Origin: Thermodesulfobacteriota bacterium
GTDB lineage: Bacteria; Desulfobacterota_D; UBA1144; Nemesobacterales; N074bin48
Length of the DNA: 64,000 nt
NCBI GenBank assembly: GCA_041572575.1
Contig: JBFFSH010000003.1
Location: 7,081-71,080 of the forward strand
Direction: 5' to 3'
Every line of letters begins with the position of its first letter. Position 1 is the stretch's first letter. Below, piece after piece: positions 28,963 through 40,572 of this stretch. Both the position numbers and the translations under genes were made by a program. The notes beneath the pieces are model-generated. The model saw nothing but the letters and a program-made list of their open reading frames with translations, did not search any database and was not told the origin of the DNA.

Positions 28963-31821
28963 TCATCCCTTACCACAACACTTCTTATATTTTTTGCCGC
29001 TGCCGCACGGACATGACTCATTTCTTCCTACCTTTTTCTCTCTTCTTACAGGCATAGGTTTTTTCTTCTCTTCTTCTTCACCCCTGCCAATCACCATTCT
29101 TTCCTGCTCTATTCTTCTCCTGCGCTCAAGCCTTTCAATATCAACATCGCTTACGGGCTGTACCAAGAAAAGTTTGTTGCATACCTCTTCATTAAACCTT
29201 TCTAACAAGCCAGTAAAGGTTTCATATCCCTCTTTCCTATATTCCCGTAGAGGATCTTTTTGCGCATAACCCCTAAGTCCTATTCCCTCTCTCAGATGAT
29301 CCATACTTAGAAGGTGATCCTTCCAAAGTGTATCCAGAGTCTGCAATATAATAAATTTTTCAATCTGTCTTAATGTTTCTTCGCCAAACTCCTCTTCCTT
29401 TTTTTCATAAAGATCTTTAATCCTGGTTTTCAGTTGTTCAGTGATTTTGTCATTCTCAAGACCATATTCACTAAGTTCATCTGTCGTAATATCCAGATTG
29501 AATAGTCTTTTGAATGTTTCTGAAAGCTCTTCATAATCTACTTCATCCTCTTTTGCTTTTTGAGGTATATTTTCTAAAACAATCGAATCAATTGTTTCGT
29601 CTAATATTTCATAAAATATTTCCTTTATGTTTTCTCCAGAAAGTATCTCCTTTCTCTTTGTATATATAACATCCCTTTGAGTATTTAGAACATCATCATA
29701 CTCAAGCAGATGTTTTCTCATATCAAAGTTTCTTGATTCAACCTTTTTTTGCGCATTTTCTATAGACTTAGAAATTAGTGACGCTTCAATCGGCTCACCT
29801 TCTTTCCAGCCAAGTTTGTCCATCACTGATGTGATCTTTTCAGACGCAAAGATTCTCATAAGGTCATCGTCCAGTGCAACGTAAAATCTGGATGATCCCG
29901 GATCACCCTGCCTTCCGGCACGCCCCCTGAGCTGGTTGTCTATCCTTCTTGATTCATGTCGTTCGGTGCCTATAATATGAAGTCCGCCAAGCTCTAGGAC
30001 TTTTTCCTTTTCTGCGTCGCAAATGTTCTTTGCCTCGATCATCACTTGTTCATACTCATCATCTTCAAGCTCGCTCATTTCTGCATTGTATGTTTTTTTA
30101 GCTATGTCTGCTGCAAGAAACTCCGGGTTTCCGCCGAGGATAATATCCGTACCCCTGCCTGCCATGTTGGTTGCTATCGTGATAGCCTTTAATCTGCCTG
30201 CCTGAGCAACTATATGAGCTTCTTTTTCATGCTGCTTTGCGTTTAATACATTATACTTAACCTTACTCCTTTCTAGATGCTTGCTAATCTTTTCAGAATT
30301 TTCTATTGAAGTCGTTCCAACTAAAATTGGTCTTCCTGCATCATTTATTTCCCTTATTTCATTTACTATAGCATCGAGTTTTTCCTTTTCGGTTTTATAA
30401 ATAACATCATTTTGATCATCACGGATCATATCTTTATTTGTTGGAATAACCGATACATCGAGTTTATATATATTTTTAAACTCAAAGGCTTCAGTATCTG
30501 CGGTTCCTGTCATACCAGAGAGTTTTCTGTACATTCTGAAGTAGTTTTGAATCGTGATAGTGGCAAGGGTCTGATTTTCATTTTCTATCTGCACGCCCTC
30601 TTTTGCTTCTATTGCCTGATGAAGTCCGTCGCTCCACCTTCTTCCGGGCATGAGTCTTCCAGTGAATTCGTCTACTATTACCACCTGTCCTTCTTTAACA
30701 ATATAATCCACATCGTTTTGAAACATGTGATGAGCTCTAAGACCCTGTATTACATGGTGCAGAAGCTCCAGATTAGCCGGGTCGTAAATGTTGGTAATAC
30801 CCAGAATATTTTCTACTTTGTTAGAACCTTCTTCAGTCGGGGTTACCTGTTTTGTTTTTTCGTCAATTGTGAAATCCACTTCTTTTTTAAGCTTTTTAAC
30901 TACACTGTCAATTTGATAATAACGCTCTGTGGAATCTTCAGAAGGACCGGAAATGATTAGAGGAGTTCTTGCTTCATCAATTAAAATACTGTCTACCTCA
31001 TCTACAATTGCAAAGTTATGTTCTTTTTGAACATAATCCTCCAAAGAGAATTTCATGTTGTCTCTTAGGTAATCAAATCCAAATTCGTTGTTTGTACCGT
31101 AGGTTATATCTGCCCTGTATGCGTCCTGCCTAGAGCACTCTGTAAGCTTTGTCTTAAACGATGTAAGCGCATCCAGGTTTCTGTCAGGGGGAATTTCTAA
31201 ATCTGCAAATTCTGCAGGCCATACGCTTAGATTTTCATCTATTGCCTTTTGAGCTTTTTGTTCATCTTCCCAGTCTATAAGGTATGAAATTTCATGGTTT
31301 ATCACACCTACTTTAAGACCCAGAATTTTGTAAATAGGAGCCATCCACATGGCATCCCTTCTTGCAAGGTAATCGTTTACGGTAATTAAATGGGCTCCAT
31401 ATCCTGAAAGGCCGTTTAAGTATAGCGGAAGGGAAGCAACAAGTGTTTTACCCTCACCTGTTTTCATCTCTGATATATTTCCGTTATGAAGCGATATTCC
31501 GCCCATAAGCTGAACGTCAAAGTGCCTCATACCAAGAGTACGTTTGGATGCTTCTCTTACAAGCGCAAAGGCTTCGGGGAGTATCTCGGCAAGTGTATCT
31601 TCAAGTTTATTATAAAACTCGTCTTCATCGGTATCGAGATTACTGTTAATAGTTTCTTTTATCTTAGCCCTTAAGTCATCCGATTTTTTGGAAAGTTCAG
31701 ATACCGGAAGCACTCTTATCTGCTGTTCGTATTCGGTGCAACTTTCTACAACTGACTGCATTTTCTTAAGCTGGCGCGTGTTTTGAGAGCCAACTATTTT
31801 TTTCATTATAAAAGATATCAT
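28963..31821 (-). CDS. secA: Preprotein translocase ATPase SecA
   Basis: Full SecA architecture, ending in the Zn-finger [14 protein letters not shown]. The ORF track extends to a TTG at 31854. The ATG at 31821 ([12 protein letters not shown]...) is preceded by a GGAGGA RBS and is the more likely start. Confidence 0.93.
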   Translation of the reverse strand: MISFIMKKIVGSQNTRQLKKMQSVVESCTEYEQQIRVLPVSELSKKSDDLRAKIKETINSNLDTDEDEFYNKLEDTLAEILPEAFALVREASKRTLGMRHFDVQLMGGISLHNGNISEMKTGEGKTLVASLPLYLNGLSGYGAHLITVNDYLARRDAMWMAPIYKILGLKVGVINHEISYLIDWEDEQKAQKAIDENLSVWPAEFADLEIPPDRNLDALTSFKTKLTECSRQDAYRADITYGTNNEFGFDYLRDNMKFSLEDYVQKEHNFAIVDEVDSILIDEARTPLIISGPSEDSTERYYQIDSVVKKLKKEVDFTIDEKTKQVTPTEEGSNKVENILGITNIYDPANLELLHHVIQGLRAHHMFQNDVDYIVKEGQVVIVDEFTGRLMPGRRWSDGLHQAIEAKEGVQIENENQTLATITIQNYFRMYRKLSGMTGTADTEAFEFKNIYKLDVSVIPTNKDMIRDDQNDVIYKTEKEKLDAIVNEIREINDAGRPILVGTTSIENSEKISKHLERSKVKYNVLNAKQHEKEAHIVAQAGRLKAITIATNMAGRGTDIILGGNPEFLAADIAKKTYNAEMSELEDDEYEQVMIEAKNICDAEKEKVLELGGLHIIGTERHESRRIDNQLRGRAGRQGDPGSSRFYVALDDDLMRIFASEKITSVMDKLGWKEGEPIEASLISKSIENAQKKVESRNFDMRKHLLEYDDVLNTQRDVIYTKRKEILSGENIKEIFYEILDETIDSIVLENIPQKAKEDEVDYEELSETFKRLFNLDITTDELSEYGLENDKITEQLKTRIKDLYEKKEEEFGEETLRQIEKFIILQTLDTLWKDHLLSMDHLREGIGLRGYAQKDPLREYRKEGYETFTGLLERFNEEVCNKLFLVQPVSDVDIERLERRRRIEQERMVIGRGEEEEKKKPMPVRREKKVGRNESCPCGSGKKYKKCCGKG

Positions 31822-31896
31822 GTATTCACTGTCCTCCGCTTTTGCGCAGTTCAAAGTATAAGCACTTCTTTTTGCATAACAAGGGCTTTTAATATT

Positions 31897-34800
31897 TTAA
31901 TGAAGTTCCACTGATACTACTTTTGATGTCCCAGGTTCCTGAGAAGTAATACCTATCAGGTAATTAACATCGTGCATAGTGTTTTTATTATGGGTTATTA
32001 GCAATATTTGTGACTTCTTTGATATTTCTTTAACTACTTCTAAAAAGCTTCTGGTATTATTGTCATCTAGTGGGGCGTCTATTTCATCCAGCAGCAAAAA
32101 TGGTGCGGGTTTAATAAAGCAGGCAGATAAAATAAGAGTTATCGCCGATAGTGCTTTCTCTCCACCTGAAAGTAGATTTATAGATTGAAATTTCTTGCCT
32201 TTTGGCCGCACATATACTTCCACACCGGTGTTTAAGAGGTCATCAGGATCTGTTAGCTCAAGTTTTCCTTCACCTCCTTTAAATATCTGGGGGAATATTT
32301 CATTAAATTTCTCACTCACAAGATCATATGTTTCCTTAAATCTTGTTTTTGATTCTTTGTCCAGTTTGTTAATAGCTTTTCTCAGAGATTCCATAGCGTT
32401 TTCCAGGTCTTCAACCTGATCTGTAAGAAATTTGTTTCTGTCTTCTAACTTTAGATACTCCTCTGGGGCTAAAAGATTTACTGGACCAAACCTCTCAAGG
32501 CGGTTTTTTAGCCCCAGCAGCTTGTTTTCCATCTCTTCAGTATCAAAATCCAGGTGTTCAGAAGAATAGTCCAAGCTGTTCAGGTCCTTGTCAGATAGGA
32601 GGTGTTTTAACTCCATATCAATGCTGTTTAGAGCTAAATCCAGCTCTGTGGATGACTTGTTTAAGGTTTGCAGGTCTGAGGATACTTGTGATATTTTTGT
32701 ATCATACGCTGCAAGTTGTTGCTCTATCTCTTTTTTTCTTTCGGAAATAGTGTTCAAATTTTTATGATCTATATCTATTTTTTCTTTTAGTAGTACTTTA
32801 TCCTTACCAAAATCAATTATGCCTTTAACGATACCGGCCTTTTTATACATTAGAATTTTAAAGTCTGATTGCTGAATAATAATCTTTATTCCAAGCTCCT
32901 TTTGTCTCAATAAATAGTAGCTGAGCTCCTGTTCTATACCATTTATTTTTTCCTTAAGACCGGCAATTTCCACCTTGCCCTGATTTACATAAGAACTTAT
33001 ATGCTGATCCTTATCTTCAAGCTCCTTAAGCTCAGCATCCAAGTTTTTAAAACCAGTTTCAAAACGTGTCTTTTTTAATTCCAGTTCATTTATATATTTA
33101 CTCAAATCTGATAGAGACAGTACTTTATTACCTCTCTCAGCTTCATAATTACCCACTTCAAATACAATTGAGTCATAATTTTGAGAATAATTTCTACATA
33201 TATTTTTAAGGTTTATAATATCTTTACTTATTTCTGCTTCTCTTATATCCAGCTGTCTTAGTGTAGATTCATGGTTTATTTTCTCTGAAGTGAGGCTTTC
33301 AATCTTTTCCTCTATTGATCCCAGTTCAGTTTCCAGCTCATCTATTGATTGATTAAGCTTCGTAGTTGTTTGAAAAAGCTGTTCCATTTCTCTTTTTCTT
33401 TCGAAAACACCATGGGAAGAATTTCCACCTGATATAAACCCGCTGCAGTCTATATAATCACCACTTAAGGTTACAAACGAATATCCTGAGTTTAGCTTTT
33501 GCTCTAAATTATTAATACTATTTAGCGACTCAGTGATATAAACCTTATTCAGTAAATTTCTTGCTAAACTTTTTATCTGTCCATCTACCTCAATCACATC
33601 TACTAAGGGCTGTAAATCGAGGGTTTCGGTATCATGTATAGATTTATTATTATAAATATCGAGAGGAACAAATGTACCTTTTCCTGCTTCCTGGTCTCTT
33701 AGTAGATCAATCAAGTCATACGCTTCATTTAGGTTGTTAATAATAGTCCAGGTTAGTTTTTCTCCAAGCGCTGCTTCAACAGCTTTGTCATAATTTTCAG
33801 AAACAGAGATAAAATCTGCCATAAGCCCTACCACTTCCCTGCCCTTATGTTCCAATATAAAGTTGCCGATATCGCTTGGTAGCCATTCATAGTTTGACTG
33901 GATTTTTTCTATAGCAGTAAGATCAGACTTGGCCTGATTATACTGATCCCTCAAGTTGTCTAATTTAGATTTAACCTCTTTTTTACTATCAACGAGCATA
34001 CACAGTTCTTTTGAGAGAACTTCCAGTTTGCTTCTGACAACAGTTTTATTTGATACAATGTTTTTAAGCTCATTCTCATTGTATCTAAGATCGGCTGTGG
34101 ATAGTGCTGATTTTATCTGTATATCTTCTTTTTCTTTTTTTAGTCTGTAAATCCTTGATTCCAGTTCTTTTACATCTTTTTCTATACTTACTACTTTGGT
34201 TTTGACACTTCCATATTCATCAAGCGATTTTAAAAGGCCCTCTCTATGATCTTTATATTCCTGTCTTTTGGTAACGAGATCGTTTTTATATGAATCGGTA
34301 AGCTCCTGTTTTACAGAGAGTTCGTTTTGTTTTTCCTGTAGTATGATTAATGTAGATTTTAGCTCAGAGTGTTTTTGAGCAGTAGTATTTTTAATATTCT
34401 CAATTTCCTTAAGGCTGTTTATGAGGTCTGATTTTATGGTGGCAATTGTCTCATACAGAGTCCTTTCTTCTCTGTTTACAAGCTCTATTTCATTATCTAT
34501 TGTCTGAAGCTTTTTTGTATCCTCAAAATACTTGTTTTTTAGTATATCGGATTCCTTTTCGATACCATCAATTACACTCAGGGTTTGTTCCCTGTTTTTT
34601 TGCAGATCTGCTAGTATTTCATTTTGTCTGGATATGTCGTTACCTATATCGTTTTGTTGAGATTGAGATTGAGTTCTAGATTGTTCGAGCTGGATTTTCT
34701 TTTTTGCTAATACCTTATTATCTATTTCTTCAATTTCCTGGGCAAGTTGTTTGTATTTTTCTGCATCATGCGCCTGTCTTTTAAGGCTCTTTATCTGGCG

Positions 34801-35385
34801 TAAAATTTCTGATTGTGATTCTCTTACTACCGTCAAATTGTTTTTAGTAAGCTCTATTTTATTCTGTGTTTCTTTTCTTCTAAGCTTATACTTTCCAATC
34901 CCGGCTACTTCTTCAATGACTTCTCTTTTGCCCTCTGGTTTGGAAGTGATAATACTCTCCACTTTTCCCTGTCCAATAATAGAATAAGCCCTGGCACCTA
35001 CACCGGTGTCCACAAAAAGTTCTGTTATGTCTTTTAGCCTGCAAGGCACGTTATTGATATAATATTCACTCTGCCCTGATCTAAATAGCCTTCTTTTTAC
35101 ATTTATTTCTTCATAACCCGATCCATTTGACGAGACGACTAAAGATACCTCAGCCATTCCAAGCGGCTTATGGGTTTCCCCTCCGTTTGATATGACTTCT
35201 TCCATGGTCATTGCTCTCAAGTTTCTTGGATTCTGCTCACCAAGCACCCATTTAATGGCATCTATAATATTTGACTTTCCGCATCCGTTAGGTCCTACAA
35301 TTGCATTTATATTCGAATGAAAATCTATTTTGGTTTTATCATAAAATGATTTAAAGCCATTAAATTCAAGTTTTAAAAGTTTCAT
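31897..35385 (-). CDS. smc: Chromosome segregation protein SMC
   Basis: 1162 aa. N-terminal Walker A GPNGCGKSN, long coiled coils with a hinge, C-terminal LSGGEKAL signature and Walker B LLDEID. Confidence 0.95.
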   Translation of the reverse strand: MKLLKLEFNGFKSFYDKTKIDFHSNINAIVGPNGCGKSNIIDAIKWVLGEQNPRNLRAMTMEEVISNGGETHKPLGMAEVSLVVSSNGSGYEEINVKRRLFRSGQSEYYINNVPCRLKDITELFVDTGVGARAYSIIGQGKVESIITSKPEGKREVIEEVAGIGKYKLRRKETQNKIELTKNNLTVVRESQSEILRQIKSLKRQAHDAEKYKQLAQEIEEIDNKVLAKKKIQLEQSRTQSQSQQNDIGNDISRQNEILADLQKNREQTLSVIDGIEKESDILKNKYFEDTKKLQTIDNEIELVNREERTLYETIATIKSDLINSLKEIENIKNTTAQKHSELKSTLIILQEKQNELSVKQELTDSYKNDLVTKRQEYKDHREGLLKSLDEYGSVKTKVVSIEKDVKELESRIYRLKKEKEDIQIKSALSTADLRYNENELKNIVSNKTVVRSKLEVLSKELCMLVDSKKEVKSKLDNLRDQYNQAKSDLTAIEKIQSNYEWLPSDIGNFILEHKGREVVGLMADFISVSENYDKAVEAALGEKLTWTIINNLNEAYDLIDLLRDQEAGKGTFVPLDIYNNKSIHDTETLDLQPLVDVIEVDGQIKSLARNLLNKVYITESLNSINNLEQKLNSGYSFVTLSGDYIDCSGFISGGNSSHGVFERKREMEQLFQTTTKLNQSIDELETELGSIEEKIESLTSEKINHESTLRQLDIREAEISKDIINLKNICRNYSQNYDSIVFEVGNYEAERGNKVLSLSDLSKYINELELKKTRFETGFKNLDAELKELEDKDQHISSYVNQGKVEIAGLKEKINGIEQELSYYLLRQKELGIKIIIQQSDFKILMYKKAGIVKGIIDFGKDKVLLKEKIDIDHKNLNTISERKKEIEQQLAAYDTKISQVSSDLQTLNKSSTELDLALNSIDMELKHLLSDKDLNSLDYSSEHLDFDTEEMENKLLGLKNRLERFGPVNLLAPEEYLKLEDRNKFLTDQVEDLENAMESLRKAINKLDKESKTRFKETYDLVSEKFNEIFPQIFKGGEGKLELTDPDDLLNTGVEVYVRPKGKKFQSINLLSGGEKALSAITLILSACFIKPAPFLLLDEIDAPLDDNNTRSFLEVVKEISKKSQILLITHNKNTMHDVNYLIGITSQEPGTSKVVSVELH

Positions 35386-35469
35386 CTACAACTATCCTTT
35401 ATTTTTAAAATATTATATAGGCAAATCTGATATGTACTGTATAGGAACTCTCTGTTTTAAACAGAACGG

Positions 35470-37644
35470 TTACTTTTTAAATAAACTCGACCAAAATCTT
35501 TTTTCAGTCTTTGATTTTCGAGCTTCTTTTTTCTCTGATAATCTATTTTGCAGTACCCTTAATTCTCTTTTTGCTTCAGTGTAATCGGGATCATTTTCTA
35601 CAGCTTTTGAAAAATTATTTTCTGCTTTTTTAAATTCGTCAATATGTTTATAAATGTTGCCAAGATAAAAATAATTTTCTGCAACATTCGGGTCCAGAGA
35701 TATTAACTTTTCAAGCTCTTTAACACATTCATCTGTATTTACACTGTCATCTTTATTATTTAGAAACCTACCCCAGTATATTATACCTTTGTATAATATG
35801 TTATCAGGGTTTATTTGTATTGCATTATTGAATTTTTCTTCTGCAAGCGCATATTTTTTTTGTTTTAAAAGTGCAGCACCTTCATTAAAGGATACCTCTG
35901 CCTGATACAGGATCTGAGCCTCCGATTTAAGATCATCAAGTTCACTAACAGAGTCATACTCTTCTCTTTTCTCATCATCACTTAGTGTTTGATAGGCCGT
36001 TGTTATCACAGAAAATATTTTATCGGCTTTGTCTCTGGTGCTGTCATCGAGTTTTGCAAGAATATCAGGATGATATTTCTTCACCAATGCATAATAACTA
36101 TCCCTTATTTGCTGTTTTGTAGAATCTTTATCCACCCCTAATATCATATAATGATCTTCTTCATCGAGCCTGTCATATAAGTCACTTATGCTTTTTACCA
36201 GACCAGAGTTATCTTTTTCCTTGGACGGTGGTTCGGGCCCTTTAATATTTATTTTCTCCTCCACCGGGTTTTTGGCTTGTTCTTTAAATGGAATGACATT
36301 AGATGTACTCGTTGATGTTGGAGAATCTATCTCCATTTCGAGTTCCATTTTACTAACTGTATTTATTATTTCTTTATCTTTTTCGGATAGCTCTTTCTTT
36401 ACCTCAGTTTTTGTAGATTCTGCCTTGGCACTCTCTGCAATTTCCTCATCCAGATCAATTATATCCTCAAATTCTTCTTCGTTTGAACCTGCATACGGGT
36501 CGTCCGATGCCTGATTAAACAATCTGCCTATATTTCTGTAATCATCATTTTCAACAACTACATATCCCAGCAGGTAGATCAAAAACAGGATTTTTAATGT
36601 TTCATCATTAGTAGTAGTTGTTTTGTTCAGTAAATTTTCGATATTAGTGTTTTGTTCAAGGTTCTGAATTATTCTAAGCTCTTTAGGGCCCAAACCCAGA
36701 CCGCCTGTTTTTTGGCTGAGATCTTTGATGACCTTAATATTATTGGCTTCTCCACTATTGAAAAATATATTTTTAATAAACTGCTGGTTTCCATACCTCT
36801 TGGTACCCTGATACAAAACCTTGGGAAAATCAATATCATATTTAACAATGTTACTGATTTTACTTTTACCACTCTCAAAGTTAAATGCACCTGATTTTAA
36901 TAGAAAACCTCTTATTACTTTTTCCTGTATCTGATTTTCTAATAGTTCATTTAGTTCATGTGGAGAAAGAACGCCCATTGAAACAAGAACTTCTCCAAGC
37001 TTTTGTTTTTTCTCGGTTGCTATATTCAGTGCTTTTTCATAGTCTTTTACATCACTAATCCTTCCACTTTCAAGAAGCATTCTTCCAAGAGCAGTTTCTA
37101 CATCTCCACCTTCGGCATATACTGCTACACCGTCTTCAAAGTAAAGCTTGAGGTTTACATTTGAATTTATCGTCAGTATTCCCGAGAGTGAGTTTTTGTA
37201 TAAATAGGAAAGAAGTATTGGATATGGAAATAATTCGATGTCGTTACTAACAGGTTCTTGAGATTTAGCAGATGTTTGCTCGCTGCCCGAGTTTGTAAGA
37301 AAATAGGTATTGAGAAAAGCTAAAAGCGTATTGAGCTGACTAGTTTCTTCTAAGAAGAATACCGGTTTTGATTCCTTATCAACCTCGACGTTACTGTCAT
37401 GAGTAAAGTCGATGATTTGTAATTCTATGGAGTTTCTAACTTTTCCTATGAGGTTTGAACTTACTTTATGAGATGATATAAGCTCAATTACTGTAATATC
37501 GGGATTTTCGTAGAAAAGCTTGTCAATTCCCTGATTGTAATCAAGAATAAGAGAACAAATCATCCCACGGGAATCTAAGAACTCCTTTATTACGTAGCAA
37601 TAATCTTTATCAGAGCCAACTATTAAAGCCCTTGAAGAGCCCAT
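35470..37644 (-). CDS. Multidomain J-protein: degenerate receiver-like N-terminus, DUF4388, J domain (HPD) and C-terminal TPR repeats
   Basis: 724 aa. DUF4388-like segment (LSGILTIN...GEVLVSMGVLSPHELNELL). J domain YMILGVDKDSTKQQIRDSYYALVKKYHPD. TPR-like C-terminus. The N-terminal CheY-like region lacks the acidic pocket (IVGSD, VIEL). Confidence 0.7.
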   Translation of the reverse strand: MGSSRALIVGSDKDYCYVIKEFLDSRGMICSLILDYNQGIDKLFYENPDITVIELISSHKVSSNLIGKVRNSIELQIIDFTHDSNVEVDKESKPVFFLEETSQLNTLLAFLNTYFLTNSGSEQTSAKSQEPVSNDIELFPYPILLSYLYKNSLSGILTINSNVNLKLYFEDGVAVYAEGGDVETALGRMLLESGRISDVKDYEKALNIATEKKQKLGEVLVSMGVLSPHELNELLENQIQEKVIRGFLLKSGAFNFESGKSKISNIVKYDIDFPKVLYQGTKRYGNQQFIKNIFFNSGEANNIKVIKDLSQKTGGLGLGPKELRIIQNLEQNTNIENLLNKTTTTNDETLKILFLIYLLGYVVVENDDYRNIGRLFNQASDDPYAGSNEEEFEDIIDLDEEIAESAKAESTKTEVKKELSEKDKEIINTVSKMELEMEIDSPTSTSTSNVIPFKEQAKNPVEEKINIKGPEPPSKEKDNSGLVKSISDLYDRLDEEDHYMILGVDKDSTKQQIRDSYYALVKKYHPDILAKLDDSTRDKADKIFSVITTAYQTLSDDEKREEYDSVSELDDLKSEAQILYQAEVSFNEGAALLKQKKYALAEEKFNNAIQINPDNILYKGIIYWGRFLNNKDDSVNTDECVKELEKLISLDPNVAENYFYLGNIYKHIDEFKKAENNFSKAVENDPDYTEAKRELRVLQNRLSEKKEARKSKTEKRFWSSLFKK

Positions 37645-37658
37645 AAATTTTGCTCCTT

Positions 37659-39260
37659 TTATCCAATCTCTGGAAACAGGTTTGGATTAGGTTTTATGTT
37701 AGCTTGTTTCCGCATAGATAAAATCCAGTCCTGATAAATTTCGTTTCTTTTTCTTTGTATCATAGTATTTTTAATTTCTTCTTTTTTCTCTTCGAATTCA
37801 TCCAGATCTATCTGCTTTTTTTCCACAAGGGTAATTAATATATATTGGTTATCACTCTCATATACCTCTTTATACACCGGCTTTTTATCATCTAGAAGAA
37901 AAGCATTAAGCAACACATCCTTAGAGCTTATTTCACTTATATTATCAAGCCTAGTAAACAGATCAGTTTCGTTGTAATTGCTTTTATAGGTATCTTTTAA
38001 ACTAGATAATTTTACCTTGCCACCAACAAGGTCTTTGTGAGTCTTTTTTGATTCCTTTTTGGCAAGATTTTTACCTTTTAAAAATTTAATGTCTGCTACT
38101 ACTTCGCTATGTGCTTCTTCAAGGCTCTTTTGAGACTCGGGCTTAATATCTATTAAGTTTACTATCCATATATCTTCTAAAGCATTAATGAAAAACTTTT
38201 CTCCCTTTTTAAGCTCAAAGGCTTTAGCTCTTACCGCACCGGGAACTGAATCTTGTGATTGTTCAGTCTCAGAAATTGTTGACTTAGAGGTTTTTTCTAT
38301 AGCAAATTCTTTACCAATTTCACTTAACTTTTTGGTTTTTGATGCTTCATCGAGATTTGCGATAAATTCCTGCTGTATTATTTTTTTCTTTTCAAGCATA
38401 CGAGCTGCTATAATGTCATCTTTAACTGCATCAAAGTCTTTTAGATTTCCTTCTTCATCCAAGAATTCCTTATCCTTATAAGAATCATAATAAGTTTTAA
38501 CTTCATCATCGGATATTTCTATATTTTTTTCAAAGTCAGAGGGTTTGATTACTAAATATTCAATTTCTCTCATTTCGGGGTGCATGTATTTATTCTTGTT
38601 TTCACTGTAATGTTTTGAAATCTCTTCTTTGTTAACCTGCACTTTGTCGGAGTACTGGTCAGGTGAAAACTTTAGATATGCAAGTTTTATTCTCTCATTT
38701 TGAATTCTATAAAGATTTTGCAGTTCTTCATCTGATAACTTTGCAGTTTCATTGATGAAATCAATAAATTTTTGAGCCAATAACTCTTCTTTATATCTTC
38801 TTTCAAACTCTCCTACATTTTCTTTTAGATTTTGCTCAACAAAATTTTTGTAAGCTGCAAATCCCACAAAATCTCCATCAATCTGAAAAGCGGGGTTTGA
38901 TGTTATTGCTTGTTTAAGTTCTTCATCTGTGATTTTAAATCCAAGGTCACGCGCTTTTTGAGAAATAAGCTTTAGATCTATTAACTGATTTAAGGCTCTT
39001 GTACGTATAAATGGTAATGCTGCATCGGGAATGTCGGCAGTATAACCAAAACTTGATAACAGGCTGTCTCTTAGTCTGTAATATTCAAAAAGTGAAATTT
39101 CTTCTCCATTAACCTCAGCCGCAATACCACTGGGTCCGCCTCCCATGGCTCCAAAATTTACGAATGAATATCCAAAGCCAAATATAAATACTACAGCTAT
39201 TACTATTAATACAGCTTTTGTAAACCATTTATTACCTGATCTTATTAGCTCTAAACTCAT
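37659..39260 (-). CDS. ppiD: PpiD-like periplasmic chaperone (SurA N-terminal domain family), membrane-anchored
   Basis: 533 aa. N-terminal TM helix, SurA_N-like region and long Lys/Glu-rich periplasmic domain. Lies directly downstream of the J-protein gene. Confidence 0.65.
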   Translation of the reverse strand: MSLELIRSGNKWFTKAVLIVIAVVFIFGFGYSFVNFGAMGGGPSGIAAEVNGEEISLFEYYRLRDSLLSSFGYTADIPDAALPFIRTRALNQLIDLKLISQKARDLGFKITDEELKQAITSNPAFQIDGDFVGFAAYKNFVEQNLKENVGEFERRYKEELLAQKFIDFINETAKLSDEELQNLYRIQNERIKLAYLKFSPDQYSDKVQVNKEEISKHYSENKNKYMHPEMREIEYLVIKPSDFEKNIEISDDEVKTYYDSYKDKEFLDEEGNLKDFDAVKDDIIAARMLEKKKIIQQEFIANLDEASKTKKLSEIGKEFAIEKTSKSTISETEQSQDSVPGAVRAKAFELKKGEKFFINALEDIWIVNLIDIKPESQKSLEEAHSEVVADIKFLKGKNLAKKESKKTHKDLVGGKVKLSSLKDTYKSNYNETDLFTRLDNISEISSKDVLLNAFLLDDKKPVYKEVYESDNQYILITLVEKKQIDLDEFEEKKEEIKNTMIQRKRNEIYQDWILSMRKQANIKPNPNLFPEIG

Positions 39261-39497
39261 AATACTCCCTTTAAATATACAATAATTTACTGTCTAATAA
39301 CAGCTTACGTAAACACTTTAATATATAACAAATTTAAGAATAAACAATCTAAAGTTTTATGCCAGATTAAAAATGAAAACTAAAGAAAATGCCATAAAGA
39401 ACTATAAATTAAGTTAAGAATTAGAATAATATATTGGTTTTAATAAAAGTATAAGATAATAATATGGGTACATATTATACAGAGGGATGAAAAATTT

Positions 39498-40418
39498 ATG
39501 ATAACAGCTCTGGGTGGCGGAGTAGGTGCCGCAAAATTTCTATCTGGTCTTATTAGGATAGGATTAAATCAAGACATAAACATAATTGTTAATACTGCAG
39601 ATGACATAACCATTGGTGGACTGAGAATATGTCCTGATATTGATACAATTGTTTATACGCTTTCCGGAATTGTTGATAAGAATAAAAAATGGGGTCTTAA
39701 GGGAGATACCTTTAACTGCCTTGAGGCCCTTAGCAGGTTTGGAATCTACCGCTGGTTTAATCTTGGTGATAAAGACCTTGCAACGCATTTATATAGGACT
39801 CATCTAAGATCGCTTGGAATTACTTATACTGAAATTACATCTAGAATTGCAAAATCTTTTGGCTTAACAGATGTTAATGTACTTCCTATGAGTGACAGCG
39901 ATGTTGAAACATGGATAAGCAGCGATAAAGGCGAATTACATTTTCAGGAGTATTTGGTTAGAGAAAAAATGCTTCCTGAGGTTAAATCAATTTATATAAA
40001 AGGAATAGAAAATGCGGCAGCAACTGAGCAGGTAATTGATTCTATAGAGTCTGCCAGCACTATAATCCTATGCCCCAGTAACCCTATAATAAGCATTGGA
40101 CCAATATTAAGAGTAGGTGGTGTTAGAGATGCAATTAAAAAGTCCAAAGCTAAAAAAATTGCGATAAGTCCTCTTGTAGGAGGATTACCCCTAAAGGGTC
40201 CTGCCGACAGGTTAATGAAAGCAGAGGGCCTTGAGGTTTCGTCCACTGGGATAGCTAAGCTGTACGAGGATTTTTTAGATGAATTTGTTATTGATAGTAC
40301 CGATAAACAAGAGGCCCTGAGAATAGAAAAACTGGGTATAAAGGCTACTATAGCGGATACTGTAATGAAAAATGATCAGGATTCAGAATATCTTGCACAA
40401 AAAATCCTTGGTGTTTAG
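39498..40418 (+). CDS. cofD: 2-phospho-L-lactate transferase (F420 biosynthesis)
   Basis: 306 aa. Begins MITALGGGVGAAKFLSGL and matches the CofD/UPF0052 fold pattern. Immediately upstream of cofG and cofH. Confidence 0.82.
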   Translation: MITALGGGVGAAKFLSGLIRIGLNQDINIIVNTADDITIGGLRICPDIDTIVYTLSGIVDKNKKWGLKGDTFNCLEALSRFGIYRWFNLGDKDLATHLYRTHLRSLGITYTEITSRIAKSFGLTDVNVLPMSDSDVETWISSDKGELHFQEYLVREKMLPEVKSIYIKGIENAAATEQVIDSIESASTIILCPSNPIISIGPILRVGGVRDAIKKSKAKKIAISPLVGGLPLKGPADRLMKAEGLEVSSTGIAKLYEDFLDEFVIDSTDKQEALRIEKLGIKATIADTVMKNDQDSEYLAQKILGV

Positions 40419-40572
40419 ACAGTATTCTATTATATTTCCTACTTGACAATAACATTTTAAATATGTGAATATAGTTTGGGGTAAGATAAAAAAACAATAA
40501 TCAAAACAAATTTTATATTTACTGTTATAATTATTTTAATGAACGTTCAACAATAATTAATAAAACATTGTT

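Noticed and set aside
31822-31854. N-terminal extension of secA from a TTG at 31854
   Set aside because: The ATG at 31821 has a GGAGGA Shine-Dalgarno 8 nt upstream and gives a typical SecA N-terminus. The TTG has no RBS.
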